A DNA stretch of 32,000 nt, from the NCBI RefSeq assembly GCF_000015585.1, contig NC_008789.1, positions 2,310,001 through 2,342,000 on the forward strand. Reading direction: 5' to 3'. Position 1 is the first letter of the stretch; every line of letters begins with the position of its first letter. Under the pieces are notes generated by a model. That model was not told where the DNA came from and made no database searches. It saw nothing but the letters and a program-made list of their open reading frames with translations. The stretch comes from Halorhodospira halophila SL1. Its GTDB lineage: Bacteria > Pseudomonadota > Gammaproteobacteria > Nitrococcales > Halorhodospiraceae. The position numbers and the translations under genes are program-made. Shown here piece by piece: positions 10,750 to 19,678 of this stretch.

Positions 10750-10778
10750 ATTATAGCCGATTCAGGCCGGCTCGTCGG
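10750..10778 (-). promoter_or_regulatory. Sigma70-like promoter candidate for ibaG-murA(-his) at the mlaB 3' end
   Basis: Minus strand has a perfect TATAAT (10755-10750), a 17-nt spacer containing the mlaB stop, and a weak -35 CCGACG (10778-10773). It lies about 50 nt upstream of the ibaG ATG. Confidence 0.35.
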
Positions 10779-11076
10779 CGATTTCAAGCACCCCCTCCGC
10801 ACCACTGGCATGCACGATGGCCAGCAACTGCTGCGGGACGTGGCAGAGGCACAGCCGCCCGCCGTGGGCCCGGGCCTGCCGCGTCCAATCGATCAGGAGG
10901 GCCACACCGGCGCTGTCGGTCCGCTCGACACCGGCCAGGTCGATTTCGCAGACCCCGCCTTCGGCGGTGAACAGCGCCGTGCCCTGCGGCCACAAGGCAC
11001 CCACGGTGTCGAGCTCCAGCCGCCCGGTGACTCGCCAGCGCCCGTCGACCCCGTTCTCGAGGGCCGCGCGGGTCAT
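10762..11076 (-). CDS. mlaB: STAS-domain protein of the Mla phospholipid transport system
   Basis: 104-aa anti-sigma-antagonist-like fold (IDLAGVERTDSAGVALLIDW) directly after mlaC, with an ATGA start/stop overlap. Confidence 0.8.
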   Translation of the reverse strand: MTRAALENGVDGRWRVTGRLELDTVGALWPQGTALFTAEGGVCEIDLAGVERTDSAGVALLIDWTRQARAHGGRLCLCHVPQQLLAIVHASGAEGVLEIADEPA

Positions 11077-11693
11077 TCGAAGCCGATCTCCCGGTTGCGC
11101 TCTGCCATCTCGTCGATCACGGTCTTGAGGTCCTTGCCCCGCAAGCGCGAGCGGAAATCTTCGCGGTAGTTGTGGATCAGGCTGACCCCCTCGGCGGTGA
11201 CGTCCACCAGCTTCCAGGCGTCATCGCTCTCCTCCAGGCGGTACAGGATCCGCGCCCGACTGTCACCGGAACCCACTTCCATACCGACCTGGACCCCGCC
11301 ATCGCGCTGCCGGCTACCGAGGATGCGGACATCGAATCCCTCGTAATCCTCCATGCTCGACGCGTAGGTACGCAGCAGGCTGCGCTGGAACTCGGTCACG
11401 AAGCGGTCGCGGGTCTCCCCGTCGGCGTCGCGCCAGTGGGGACCGAGGATCCGCGCCCCGATCCGATCGTAATCGATGTGCGGCTCGACCACCGGTGCCA
11501 GCTTGTCGTAGAGCGCCACCGGATCGCCGGCGATCTCCTCGCCGTGCTCCTCAAGCACCCGCATGACCTCGTCGGTAACCTCCTGCACAACTTGGCGCGG
11601 ATCCGGCTTGGCCACTGCCTGACCGAAGGCCAGCGCCAGCAACAGGGCCATCGACACGGCCAGTGAACGAGTCCAGCGATTCACCTTGAACAT
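11073..11693 (-). CDS. mlaC: Periplasmic phospholipid-binding protein MlaC (Ttg2D family)
   Basis: Signal peptide MFKVNRWTRSLAVSMALLLALAFGQAVA, then a toluene-tolerance Ttg2D-like sequence (ILGPHWR, FVTEFQRSLLRTY, WKLVDVTAEGVSL). ATG at 11693 has GGAGG 7 nt upstream, whereas the track starts at a TTG. Confidence 0.85.
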   Translation of the reverse strand: MFKVNRWTRSLAVSMALLLALAFGQAVAKPDPRQVVQEVTDEVMRVLEEHGEEIAGDPVALYDKLAPVVEPHIDYDRIGARILGPHWRDADGETRDRFVTEFQRSLLRTYASSMEDYEGFDVRILGSRQRDGGVQVGMEVGSGDSRARILYRLEESDDAWKLVDVTAEGVSLIHNYREDFRSRLRGKDLKTVIDEMAERNREIGFE

Positions 11694-11722
11694 CTCTACT
11701 GCCTCCGTCGCGCGTGGCGAGC

Positions 11723-12178
11723 TCAATCCTGCATGCTGGTGACGAACTGCCCGATGATCCGCTCCAGGACCACCGCCGACTGGGTCTCGGTGATCCGGTC
11801 GCCGTCACTCAGGGGCTCGGTCTCCCAGCCTGGCTCCAGCCCCACGTACTGCTCGCCGAGCAGACCGGCGGTGTAGATGGCCGCCGCGCTGTCTGCCGGG
11901 ATGGCCCCGAAGCGCTCGTTAATGCGCAGCCGCACCTCGGCCTGATGGCTCTCCGGATCGAGCCGGATCTCCTCAACCCGTCCGACCCGGACCCCGGCCA
12001 TGCTCACCGGCGCCTTCTCGCGCAGGCCGCCGACATTGTCGAACTTGGCCGTGACGTAGTACCCGGGCGGCTGGCGCAGCTCGGTCAGGCCACTGACCTG
12101 CAGGGCCAGGACCATCATCGCCGCCAGGCCAATGGCCACGAACACCCCGACCCAGATCTCCACGAGCCGCTGACTCAT
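11723..12178 (-). CDS. mlaD: MCE-domain protein MlaD
   Basis: N-terminal TM (VEIWVGVFVAIGLAAMMVLAL) followed by an MCE domain (YYVTAKFDNVGGLREKAPVSMAGVRVGRV). Confidence 0.9.
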   Translation of the reverse strand: MSQRLVEIWVGVFVAIGLAAMMVLALQVSGLTELRQPPGYYVTAKFDNVGGLREKAPVSMAGVRVGRVEEIRLDPESHQAEVRLRINERFGAIPADSAAAIYTAGLLGEQYVGLEPGWETEPLSDGDRITETQSAVVLERIIGQFVTSMQD

Positions 12179-12190
12179 ACCCTTGCTCCG

Positions 12191-12967
12191 TCAGTCGAAC
12201 ATCAGTGCGGTGAGCAGGAAGTCGAGCCCGAGCACCGCCAGCGAAGCGTGCACGACGCCCAAGGTCGTCGCCCGACTGACACCGCTCGAGGTCGGCTCTG
12301 CCATGTACCCCTTGTGCAGGGCGATCCAGCCGACCAAGAAGCCGAAGACGACGCTCTTGATCACGCCATTCAAAATATCATCCTGGATGGTGACTGCGTT
12401 CTGCATGTTGGACCAGAACGCGCCGCTGTCGATCCCGACCATGCCCACCGCCACCAGATAACCACCGAACACGCCCACGGCGCTGAACACGGCGGCGAGC
12501 AGTGGCACCGCCAATACGGCAGCGAAGAAGCGCGGGGCCAGAATACGGCGCTCCGGGTCCACCGCCATCATCTCCATGCTCGAGAGCTGCTCGGTGGCCT
12601 TCATCAGCCCCACCTCGGCGGTCAGCGATGAGCCAGCCCGCCCGGCGAACAGCAGCGCGGTTACCACAGGCCCGAGTTCGCGGACTAGAGACAGGGCGAC
12701 CATGGTGCCCACCGCTTCGGTGGCCCCGAAGTCCGCCAGGGTGTAGTACCCCTGCAGGCCGAGGACCATACCGACGAACAGCGCCGACACCAGGATGATC
12801 ACCAGCGACAACACGCCGACGGCGTAGACCTGCTCGATGAGCAGGCGGGGGCGCACCACCACCTCGGGGGCGGCGCGCAGGATCCGCCCCATGAGCAGCA
12901 CCGCCTCGCCCAGGCCGCGCAGCGCAGTCAGGGTCCGTTGCCCCAGCGCCTGGAACAAGCCGATCAT
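12191..12967 (-). CDS. mlaE: ABC permease MlaE
   Basis: 258-aa multi-TM protein with MlaE-type sequence (GATEAVGTMVALSLVRELGPVVTALLFAGRAGS), with an ATGA overlap with mlaF. Confidence 0.92.
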   Translation of the reverse strand: MIGLFQALGQRTLTALRGLGEAVLLMGRILRAAPEVVVRPRLLIEQVYAVGVLSLVIILVSALFVGMVLGLQGYYTLADFGATEAVGTMVALSLVRELGPVVTALLFAGRAGSSLTAEVGLMKATEQLSSMEMMAVDPERRILAPRFFAAVLAVPLLAAVFSAVGVFGGYLVAVGMVGIDSGAFWSNMQNAVTIQDDILNGVIKSVVFGFLVGWIALHKGYMAEPTSSGVSRATTLGVVHASLAVLGLDFLLTALMFD

Positions 12968-13788
12968 CGCCCCCCTCCGCCGAGCAGTTCGTCGGACAGC
13001 CGCGGCGCCGGATAGTGGAACGGCACCGGACCATCCGGCCGGGCATCGATAAACTGGCGCAGCGACTCCGACTGCGCCTCCTGCAGATCCATCGGGGTCC
13101 CCTCGGCGATCACTGCCCCGTCGGCCAACACATAGACGTAATCGGCGATGGCCAGGGTCTCCTGGACGTCGTGGGAGACCACCACCGAGGTCAGGCCGAG
13201 GACGTCGTTGAGCCGGCGGATCAGATCCACCAGCACGCCCATGGTGATCGGATCCTGCCCGGCGAAGGGTTCGTCGTACATCACCAGCGCCGGATCCAGG
13301 GCGATGGCCCGGGCCAGGGCGACCCGCCGTGCCATGCCACCGGAGAGCTCCGCCGGCATCAGGTGACGGGCGCCGCGCAGCCCCACCGCCTCGAGCTTGA
13401 GCAGAACCAGGGTCTCGAGCAGGGAATCGGGCAACCGGGTGTGCTCACGCAGAGGGAAGGCGACATTCTCGAAGACGGACAGGTGAGTGAACAGCGCGCC
13501 GCTCTGGAACAAGACGCCCATACGCCGGCGCAGCTGATAGAGCGCCTGACGGCCGAGACCGGTCACCTCCCCGCCCATGACCTCCACGGACCCGGCCTGG
13601 GGGCGAAGCTGCCCGCCCAGCACGCGCAGGATCGTGGTCTTGCCTGAGCCACTCGGGCCCATAATGGCCGTCACCCAGCCCCGACGGATGTCGAGGTTCA
13701 CGCCATCAAAGATCTTCCGGCCGTTGCGCTCGACGCGCAGGTCGCGCACGCGGGCCAGGACCTCGTCGCCGGTGTCTGCGACGCCCAT
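12964..13788 (-). CDS. mlaF: ABC ATPase MlaF
   Basis: Walker A GPSGSGKTT, signature LSGGMARRVALARA, Walker B LVMYDEPFAGQD. Confidence 0.92.
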   Translation of the reverse strand: MGVADTGDEVLARVRDLRVERNGRKIFDGVNLDIRRGWVTAIMGPSGSGKTTILRVLGGQLRPQAGSVEVMGGEVTGLGRQALYQLRRRMGVLFQSGALFTHLSVFENVAFPLREHTRLPDSLLETLVLLKLEAVGLRGARHLMPAELSGGMARRVALARAIALDPALVMYDEPFAGQDPITMGVLVDLIRRLNDVLGLTSVVVSHDVQETLAIADYVYVLADGAVIAEGTPMDLQEAQSESLRQFIDARPDGPVPFHYPAPRLSDELLGGGGR

Positions 13789-13819
13789 CGCCCTACTCGG
13801 TTACGAAAAAGTGACCGGC

Positions 13820-13848
13820 AGTATCCATCCCCGCGCCAGGACGGTCAA
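13820..13848 (-). promoter_or_regulatory. Sigma70-like promoter candidate for the mla operon
   Basis: Minus strand reads TTGACC (13848-13843), a 17-nt spacer, then GATACT (13825-13820), inside the 111-nt divergent mlaF/kdsD spacer. Confidence 0.3.
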
Positions 13849-13899
13849 TTCCGTCCCCGGGTTGCCCGATCCCGCGCGTAGATGTCGTAGAATGGCGGT

Positions 13900-14919
13900 A
13901 TGACTCCCATGCGCACCCTGATCGAACGACACCTCGGGGCCCCGGACGCGGGGGACGAACGCCTCCAGGCCCTCGGCCGCGCGGTCCTGCAGCTGGAGGC
14001 CGACGCCGTCGCCGCCCTCGGCGAGCGCATCGATCAGCCCTTCAGCGAGGCGTGCCGCCATATGCTCGCCTGCCGCGGCCGGGTGATCGTCACCGGCATG
14101 GGCAAGTCCGGACACATCGGCTCGAAGATGGCGGCCACCCTGGCCAGCACCGGCACGCCGGCGTTCTTCGTCCACCCCGGTGAAGCCAGCCACGGCGATC
14201 TGGGCATGGTCACCGCCGACGACGTCGTGGTAGCCCTGTCCAACTCCGGCGAGACCGATGAGCTCACCGCCATCGTGCCGCTGATCAAGCGCCTGGGCGT
14301 GCCCCTGATCGCCCTCACCGGCCGCCCGGGCTCGACCCTGGCCCAGGCGGCCTCGGTCCACCTGGATGTGAGCGTCGAGCAGGAGGCCTGCCCCCTGGGG
14401 CTGGCCCCCACCGCCAGCACCACCGCCAGCCTGGCCATGGGCGACGCCCTGGCCGTGGCACTGCTCGATGCCCGCGGCTTCACCGCGGAAGACTTCGCCC
14501 GCTCCCACCCCGGGGGCAAACTGGGGCGCCGACTGCTGCTGCACATCGACGACATCATGCAGACCGGCGAACGCGTCCCACGGGTCCAACCAGGCACCCC
14601 ACTGCGCGACGCCCTGCTGGAGATCAGCCGCAAGGGGCTGGGCATGACCGCCATCGTCGACGAGCAGCACCGCGTACTAGGCATCTTTACCGACGGCGAC
14701 CTGCGACGGACCCTGGACCGCGGCGCCGACATCCACCAGACCCCCATCGAGGCCGTGATGACCCCGAGCCCACAAACCGCCTCGCCGGACCTGTTGGCCG
14801 CCGAGGCAGCCGAGCGCATGGAGCGCCACCGCATCAACGGCCTACTGGTCACCGATGCCGAGGGCCGACTCGTCGGCGCCCTGAACATGCACGACCTGCT
14901 GCGCGCCGGAGTCGTATGA
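13900..14919 (+). CDS. kdsD: Arabinose-5-phosphate isomerase (SIS plus tandem CBS domains)
   Basis: GMGKSGHIGSKMAATLASTGTPAFFVHPGEASHGDLGM and a C-terminal CBS pair. ATG at 13900, with ATG at 13909 also possible. Confidence 0.92.
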   Translation: MTPMRTLIERHLGAPDAGDERLQALGRAVLQLEADAVAALGERIDQPFSEACRHMLACRGRVIVTGMGKSGHIGSKMAATLASTGTPAFFVHPGEASHGDLGMVTADDVVVALSNSGETDELTAIVPLIKRLGVPLIALTGRPGSTLAQAASVHLDVSVEQEACPLGLAPTASTTASLAMGDALAVALLDARGFTAEDFARSHPGGKLGRRLLLHIDDIMQTGERVPRVQPGTPLRDALLEISRKGLGMTAIVDEQHRVLGIFTDGDLRRTLDRGADIHQTPIEAVMTPSPQTASPDLLAAEAAERMERHRINGLLVTDAEGRLVGALNMHDLLRAGVV

Positions 14920-15479
14920 GCACCACCGTCCCCCGCCCCTACTGCGAGCCGCCTGCCCCGGAGGTCCTGCGCCGCGCCGAATCGGTGCGCCTGGCCCTGT
15001 TCGACGTCGACGGCGTCCTCACCGACGGGACCGTCTTCGTGGGCGGCAGCGGTGACCCGCTGCAGGCGTTCCACATCCACGACGGCAAGGGGCTGCGGAT
15101 GCTCCAGGACGCCGACATCGAGGTGGGCTGGATCACTGCCCGGGGCGGCCACGCGGTCATGCGCCGGGCCGAGGAGCTGGGTGTCCGCCATGTGCTGCGC
15201 GGCCGCTCAGACAAGGGTCAGGCCCTCGTCGAGGTGGCCGAGCGCCTCGGCCTCGCCCTGGAGGCGTGCGCCTACACCGGCGACGACCTCATCGACCTGC
15301 CGGCCGTCCGCCACGCCGGATTCGGCGTCGCGGTAGCGGACGGCCACCCCCACCTGCACGCCCACGCCGACTGGGTCACCGTGCGCCCCGGGGGGCGGGG
15401 CGCCGTCCGCGAGGTGGCCGAACTGATCCTCCACGCCCAGGGGCAGCTCGAACCGATGTTGCGCCGGGCAGAAGGCTGA
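14916..15479 (+). CDS. kdsC: KDO 8-phosphate phosphatase (HAD superfamily)
   Basis: LALFDVDGVLTDG, GKGLRML, YTGDDLIDLP, with an ATGA overlap with kdsD. Confidence 0.9.
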   Translation: MSTTVPRPYCEPPAPEVLRRAESVRLALFDVDGVLTDGTVFVGGSGDPLQAFHIHDGKGLRMLQDADIEVGWITARGGHAVMRRAEELGVRHVLRGRSDKGQALVEVAERLGLALEACAYTGDDLIDLPAVRHAGFGVAVADGHPHLHAHADWVTVRPGGRGAVREVAELILHAQGQLEPMLRRAEG

Positions 15480-15482
15480 ACC

Positions 15483-16046
15483 ATGCGCCGCGGAGCCCTC
15501 TTCCCCCTGGCAACCCTCGGGTTCATCGTACTCCTCAGCCTGCTGCTGACCCGGGATCCGACGCCGCCCGAACCAGACACCACCGAGCCGCCTGAGGAGC
15601 GCCCGGACTTCTTCCTGGAAGGGTTCACGATGGTCGACTTCGACGAGCAGGGCCAGCGCCGGGCCGCCCTCCACGGGCACACCGGCGAACACTTCCCCGG
15701 TCGCGGCGAACTGGAGATCGTCGAGCCGGATCTGCGCATGCGTTCGCGGGACGGCGCCACCTGGGAGGCCCGCGCCCCCTTCGGCATCGCCGAGCGCGAG
15801 GGCGCGGAGGTCCGCCTGTTCGACGAAGTGGATATTCACCGTCCGGCCCAGGGCACACGCCCAGCGCTGGATATCGCCACCCGCAACCTGCTGGTAGATC
15901 TGCGCGCCGGCGAGGCCCGCACCACCGAGGCGGTCACCGCCCGCGAGCCGGCCGGCACCCTGCGCGGCACTGGCATGACGCTGGATTACCGAACCGACCG
16001 ACTGCGCCTGCACGCCGATGTCCGGGGGGAGTATGGGCTGCATTGA
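15483..16046 (+). CDS. lptC: LPS export protein LptC
   Basis: N-terminal TM anchor followed by a beta-jellyroll-like region (DFFLEGFTMVDFDEQG..), positioned between kdsC and lptA. Confidence 0.8.
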   Translation: MRRGALFPLATLGFIVLLSLLLTRDPTPPEPDTTEPPEERPDFFLEGFTMVDFDEQGQRRAALHGHTGEHFPGRGELEIVEPDLRMRSRDGATWEARAPFGIAEREGAEVRLFDEVDIHRPAQGTRPALDIATRNLLVDLRAGEARTTEAVTAREPAGTLRGTGMTLDYRTDRLRLHADVRGEYGLH

Positions 16047-16560
16047 GACCACGGGCCGCACCCGGGTGCGGCTTCTTGGCGCCGCGCTGCTCGCCATCGC
16101 CGCCCTACCGGCGGCGGCGATGGAGCAGCGCGAGGACGCGCCGGTGGAACTCGAGGCCGACAGTGTGGACGTCGACGCCGTTGCCGGGGTCAGCGTCTAC
16201 GAGGGCGATGCCGTGCTCACCCGGGGCGAGATGCGCATCACCGGCGACCGCATGGAGGTCTATACCGACGAGGACGGCGACCTCAGCCACGTCTACGTTG
16301 ACGGAACGCCCGCCACCTACCGCGACCACCCGGAGAACCAGCCCCGCCCGGTCCACGCCGAGGCGAAGCGGATGGAGTACTACACCCGCGGGCCCGAACG
16401 CGCCCATTTCCAGGGCGATGCGCGCCTCTGGCAGGGAGACGACCAGGTCACCGCCGAGACCATCGATGTCGACCTGGAGGGACAGATCATGAAGGCCCGT
16501 GGCGCTGAAGGGCAGCGGGCGCGGACCATCCTGTACCCGACCCGGCGCGAGGAGGACTGA
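16018..16560 (+). CDS. lptA: Periplasmic LPS transport protein LptA (OstA-like)
   Basis: Signal peptide ..LLGAALLAIAALPAAA followed by PVELEADSVDVD..VYEGDAVLTRGEMRITGDRMEVY. The start is ATG 16018 (29-nt overlap with lptC) or ATG 16033. Confidence 0.85.
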   Translation: MSGGSMGCIETTGRTRVRLLGAALLAIAALPAAAMEQREDAPVELEADSVDVDAVAGVSVYEGDAVLTRGEMRITGDRMEVYTDEDGDLSHVYVDGTPATYRDHPENQPRPVHAEAKRMEYYTRGPERAHFQGDARLWQGDDQVTAETIDVDLEGQIMKARGAEGQRARTILYPTRREED

Positions 16561-16563
16561 CCG

Positions 16564-17289
16564 GTGGTCACGCTGCGTGCGGAAGGGCTGACCAAACGCT
16601 ACCGCGGTCGCACTGTGGTCAACGGCGCCGGGCTCGAAGTGGCCAACGGCGAGATCGTCGGCCTGCTCGGGCCCAACGGCGCCGGCAAGACCACCTGCTT
16701 CTACATGGTCGTCGGACTGGTCCAGGCCGACGAGGGGCGGATCACCCTGGAGGGCGACGACCTCACCCGGCTGCCCATCCACGCCCGGGCCCGCCTCGGC
16801 ATCGGATACCTCCCGCAGGAACCCTCGGTCTTTCGTAAACTGAGCGTGGCGGATAACGTACGGGCCATCCTGCAGCTACGCGGCGACCTCGGCGGCGCCG
16901 AGCGGGAACAGGAGCTGGATCGCCTGCTCGAGGAGTTCGGGGTGACCCACGTCCGCGACTCCCCGGGCATCGCCCTGTCCGGCGGCGAACGCCGGCGCGT
17001 GGAGATCGCCCGCGCCCTGGCGGCAGCCCCCCGGTTCATACTGCTCGACGAGCCGTTTGCCGGGGTCGACCCGATCTCGGTGGGCGAGATCCAGCGCATC
17101 GTCCGCCAGCTGGCGCAGCGCGGTATTGGCGTACTGATCACCGATCACAACGTGCGCGAGACACTGGGGATCGTGCAGCGCGCGTACATCCTCAGCGACG
17201 GCGAGGTTCTGGCCGCTGGCGACGCCGAAAGCGTGCTCGCCAACCCGCGGGTCCGCGAGGTCTATCTGGGTGAGGACTTCCGCCTGTGA
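16564..17289 (+). CDS. lptB: LPS export ABC ATPase LptB
   Basis: Walker [10 protein letters not shown], signature [15 protein letters not shown], Walker [16 protein letters not shown] start. Confidence 0.93.
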   Translation: MVTLRAEGLTKRYRGRTVVNGAGLEVANGEIVGLLGPNGAGKTTCFYMVVGLVQADEGRITLEGDDLTRLPIHARARLGIGYLPQEPSVFRKLSVADNVRAILQLRGDLGGAEREQELDRLLEEFGVTHVRDSPGIALSGGERRRVEIARALAAAPRFILLDEPFAGVDPISVGEIQRIVRQLAQRGIGVLITDHNVRETLGIVQRAYILSDGEVLAAGDAESVLANPRVREVYLGEDFRL

Positions 17290-17329
17290 GCGACGGTATA
17301 CGGATGCTGCAAGCACGACGGACACGGCC

Positions 17330-18796
17330 ATGAAGCAGTCGCTGCAGCTACGCATCGGCCAGCAGCTGACCATGACGCCCCAGCTGCAGCAGGCCATCCG
17401 GTTGCTGCAACTCTCCAGCCTGGAGCTGCGCACCGAGATCCAGCAGGCCCTGGAGTCGAACTTCATGCTCGAGCTCGACGAGGAAGGCGAGCTCGAGCAG
17501 CAGGAGCAGGAGCAACACGAGCAGCAGGAACAAGAGGCCCGTGAGGACGAGGCCCCGGCCAGCGACCCTGCCGGCGACGACATCCCCGAGGACCTACCGC
17601 TGGATACCTCCTGGGACGACATCTACGACGGCAGCACGGCGCTGAGCGCGCCGGGCGACGAGGCGGCCCAACGCGACACCCTGGACAACCGGCCGGCCGC
17701 CTCCGACAGCCTGCAGCAGCACCTGCATGCACAGATCGAGCTGGAGGCGTTCTCCGCGCGCGAGCGCTCCATCGCCGAGGTCATCGTCGACGCCGTCGGC
17801 GACGACGGCTACCTGACCCAGAGCACCGACGACCTACTGGCCGGGTGCCCGGAGGATGAGCAGGTTGACGCCGAGGAGCTCGAAGCGGTGCTGCAGCGCG
17901 TCCAGCGACTCGACCCGACCGGCGTCGCCGCCCGCGATCCCCAGGAAGCGCTGTGCGTCCAGCTCGAGCAGCTGCCCGAAGACACCCCGTGGCGGGAAGA
18001 GGCCCGCCACGCCCTGCTCGAGCACCTGGGGCTGATCGCCGAGCGGCGATACGACGACCTGGGCCGGGCTCTGGGGGTCAGCGACGAGGCCCTCGGCAGC
18101 ATCCTCGGCCTGATCCAGAGCCTCGACCCCCGACCCGGCTCGCAGATTAGCGACACCACGCCCGACTACGTCATCCCCGACGTTCTGGTGGTGCGCCGCG
18201 ACGGCGCCTGGCAGGTCGAACTCAACAGCGAAACCGCCCCCCGCTTGCGCGTCAACGCGTATTACGCCAGCCTGATCCGCAGGGCAGACCGGAGCGCGGA
18301 CAACCACTGTCTGCGCAACCACCTCCAAGAGGCGCGCTGGCTGATCAAGAGCCTGCGCAGCAGGAATGAGACCTTGCTCAAAGTGGCCAGCGCCATCGTG
18401 GAACGGCAACAGGGTTTCCTCGACCACGGCGAGGAGGCGATGCAACCACTGGTCCTGCGCGAGATCGCCGAGGCGGTGGAGATGCACGAGTCCACCATCT
18501 CTCGCATCACCACCAGCAAGTACATGCACACGCCCCGGGGCACCTTCGAGTTCAAGTACTTCTTCTCAAGCCACGTGCAGACCAGCGACGGCGGAGAGGC
18601 TTCGGCAACGGCGATCCGGGCACGGATCCGCCGACTGATTGCCGAAGAGGATCGGGCAAAACCGCTGAGTGACAGCGCGATTGCGCGTATCCTTCATGAG
18701 GAGGGGATCCAGGTGGCGCGTCGGACGGTCGCCAAATACCGGGAGTCCCTGTCCATCGCATCGTCGGCGGAGCGCAAGGAGGCCCGGAGGCGCTGA
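17330..18796 (+). CDS. rpoN: RNA polymerase sigma-54 factor
   Basis: MKQSLQLRIGQQLTMTPQLQQAIRLLQLSSLEL (region I), an acidic Q/E-rich region II, and the C-terminal RpoN box ARRTVAKYRE. The internal ATG at 17330 is chosen. Confidence 0.95.
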   Translation: MKQSLQLRIGQQLTMTPQLQQAIRLLQLSSLELRTEIQQALESNFMLELDEEGELEQQEQEQHEQQEQEAREDEAPASDPAGDDIPEDLPLDTSWDDIYDGSTALSAPGDEAAQRDTLDNRPAASDSLQQHLHAQIELEAFSARERSIAEVIVDAVGDDGYLTQSTDDLLAGCPEDEQVDAEELEAVLQRVQRLDPTGVAARDPQEALCVQLEQLPEDTPWREEARHALLEHLGLIAERRYDDLGRALGVSDEALGSILGLIQSLDPRPGSQISDTTPDYVIPDVLVVRRDGAWQVELNSETAPRLRVNAYYASLIRRADRSADNHCLRNHLQEARWLIKSLRSRNETLLKVASAIVERQQGFLDHGEEAMQPLVLREIAEAVEMHESTISRITTSKYMHTPRGTFEFKYFFSSHVQTSDGGEASATAIRARIRRLIAEEDRAKPLSDSAIARILHEEGIQVARRTVAKYRESLSIASSAERKEARRR

Positions 18797-18836
18797 GGCG
18801 CCCGGCTCTGCCGGCCGCAGGGGTTCAGGAGGCGGT

Positions 18837-19163
18837 ATGCAGATCAAGCTCAGTGGACATCATGTCGAGATCACCCCGGCTCTCCGGGCGCATGTCAACG
18901 AGAAGATGCAACGCATTCAACGCCACTTCGACCACGTCATCGATACCGAGGTGATCCTCTCGGTGGAGAAGAGACAGCAGAAGGCCGAGTCGGTCATCCA
19001 CATCGGGGGTGGCGGCGGGCGCGTCTTTGCCGATGCCATTGAGGAAGACCTCTATGCAGCCATTGACGTGCTCGTGGACAAGCTTGACCGTCAGGTCCTG
19101 AAACACAAAGAGAAGGCCGTCGATCAGCGACGGCAGGGCGCGTCCCTCAAGGCCAGCCTGTAA
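18837..19163 (+). CDS. hpf: Ribosome hibernation promoting factor (short HPF/YhbH type)
   Basis: MQIKLSGHHVEITPALRAHVNEKMQRIQRHF.., 108 aa, GGAGG upstream of the ATG at 18837. Confidence 0.92.
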   Translation: MQIKLSGHHVEITPALRAHVNEKMQRIQRHFDHVIDTEVILSVEKRQQKAESVIHIGGGGGRVFADAIEEDLYAAIDVLVDKLDRQVLKHKEKAVDQRRQGASLKASL

Positions 19164-19207
19164 AGGTGGCGGGACGCGGTTCAGCGGGCCAGCCGATCGG
19201 ACACTCC

Positions 19208-19678
19208 ATGGACATCGAGCAACTCATCACGCCGGAACGTGTTCGCTGCGAGAGCGGCATCGAGGACAAGGAGCAGGTACTCCTGCGCATAGGCGAACTG
19301 ATCGGGGCCAGCGGCGACGGCCTCGACGCCCGAGAAATCAGCAACCGACTGCTGGCCCGTGAGCGGCTGGGCAGCACGGGCCTGGGGCACGGCGTAGCCG
19401 TACCCCACGCCCGCATCGACGGGATTGACCGCGCCATCGGCGCCCTGATCCAGCTGGATCGGGGCATCGAGTTCAACGCCTTCGACAAGGCACCCGTGGA
19501 CCTGCTGTTCGCCCTGGTCGTACCCGAACACTTCACCGACGAGCACCTGCAGATCCTGGCCAGCCTCGCCGAGATGTTCAGCGACAGCAGCCTGTGCGAA
19601 CGGCTGCGCCGCTCCTCGGACGGTGAGGAACTGCAGGTGGCCCTGCGGGAATGGCAGTCACAAGCCGACCCGTCGTGA
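19208..19678 (+). CDS. ptsN: Nitrogen-PTS EIIA(Ntr)
   Basis: LGSTGLGHGVAVPHARI contains the phosphorylatable His context of EIIA(Ntr) and fructose-type EIIA proteins. ATG at 19208. Confidence 0.9.
   Translation: MDIEQLITPERVRCESGIEDKEQVLLRIGELIGASGDGLDAREISNRLLARERLGSTGLGHGVAVPHARIDGIDRAIGALIQLDRGIEFNAFDKAPVDLLFALVVPEHFTDEHLQILASLAEMFSDSSLCERLRRSSDGEELQVALREWQSQADPS

Noticed and set aside
13801-16097. Minus-strand ORFs of 289, 385 and 296 aa (13801-14670, 14034-15191, 15207-16097)
   Set aside because: They are antisense to kdsD, kdsC and lptC. Those plus-strand genes carry diagnostic motifs, whereas the antisense translations do not.
17460-17545. Repetitive CAG/GAG-rich DNA in rpoN that could be mistaken for a tandem repeat or hypervariable locus
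   Set aside because: It encodes the normal acidic, Q/E-rich region II of sigma-54 (ELEQQEQEQHEQQEQEAREDE). It is imperfect and in-frame, which is typical for the family.
16876-17622. 248-aa minus-strand ORF with a striking Ser/Cys-rich stretch (SCSCCSCCSCSCCSSSPSSSSSS)
   Set aside because: It is the reverse-complement reading of the Gln/Glu-rich region II of rpoN (CAG/GAG repeats read as CTG/CTC/TGC). It is not an independent gene.
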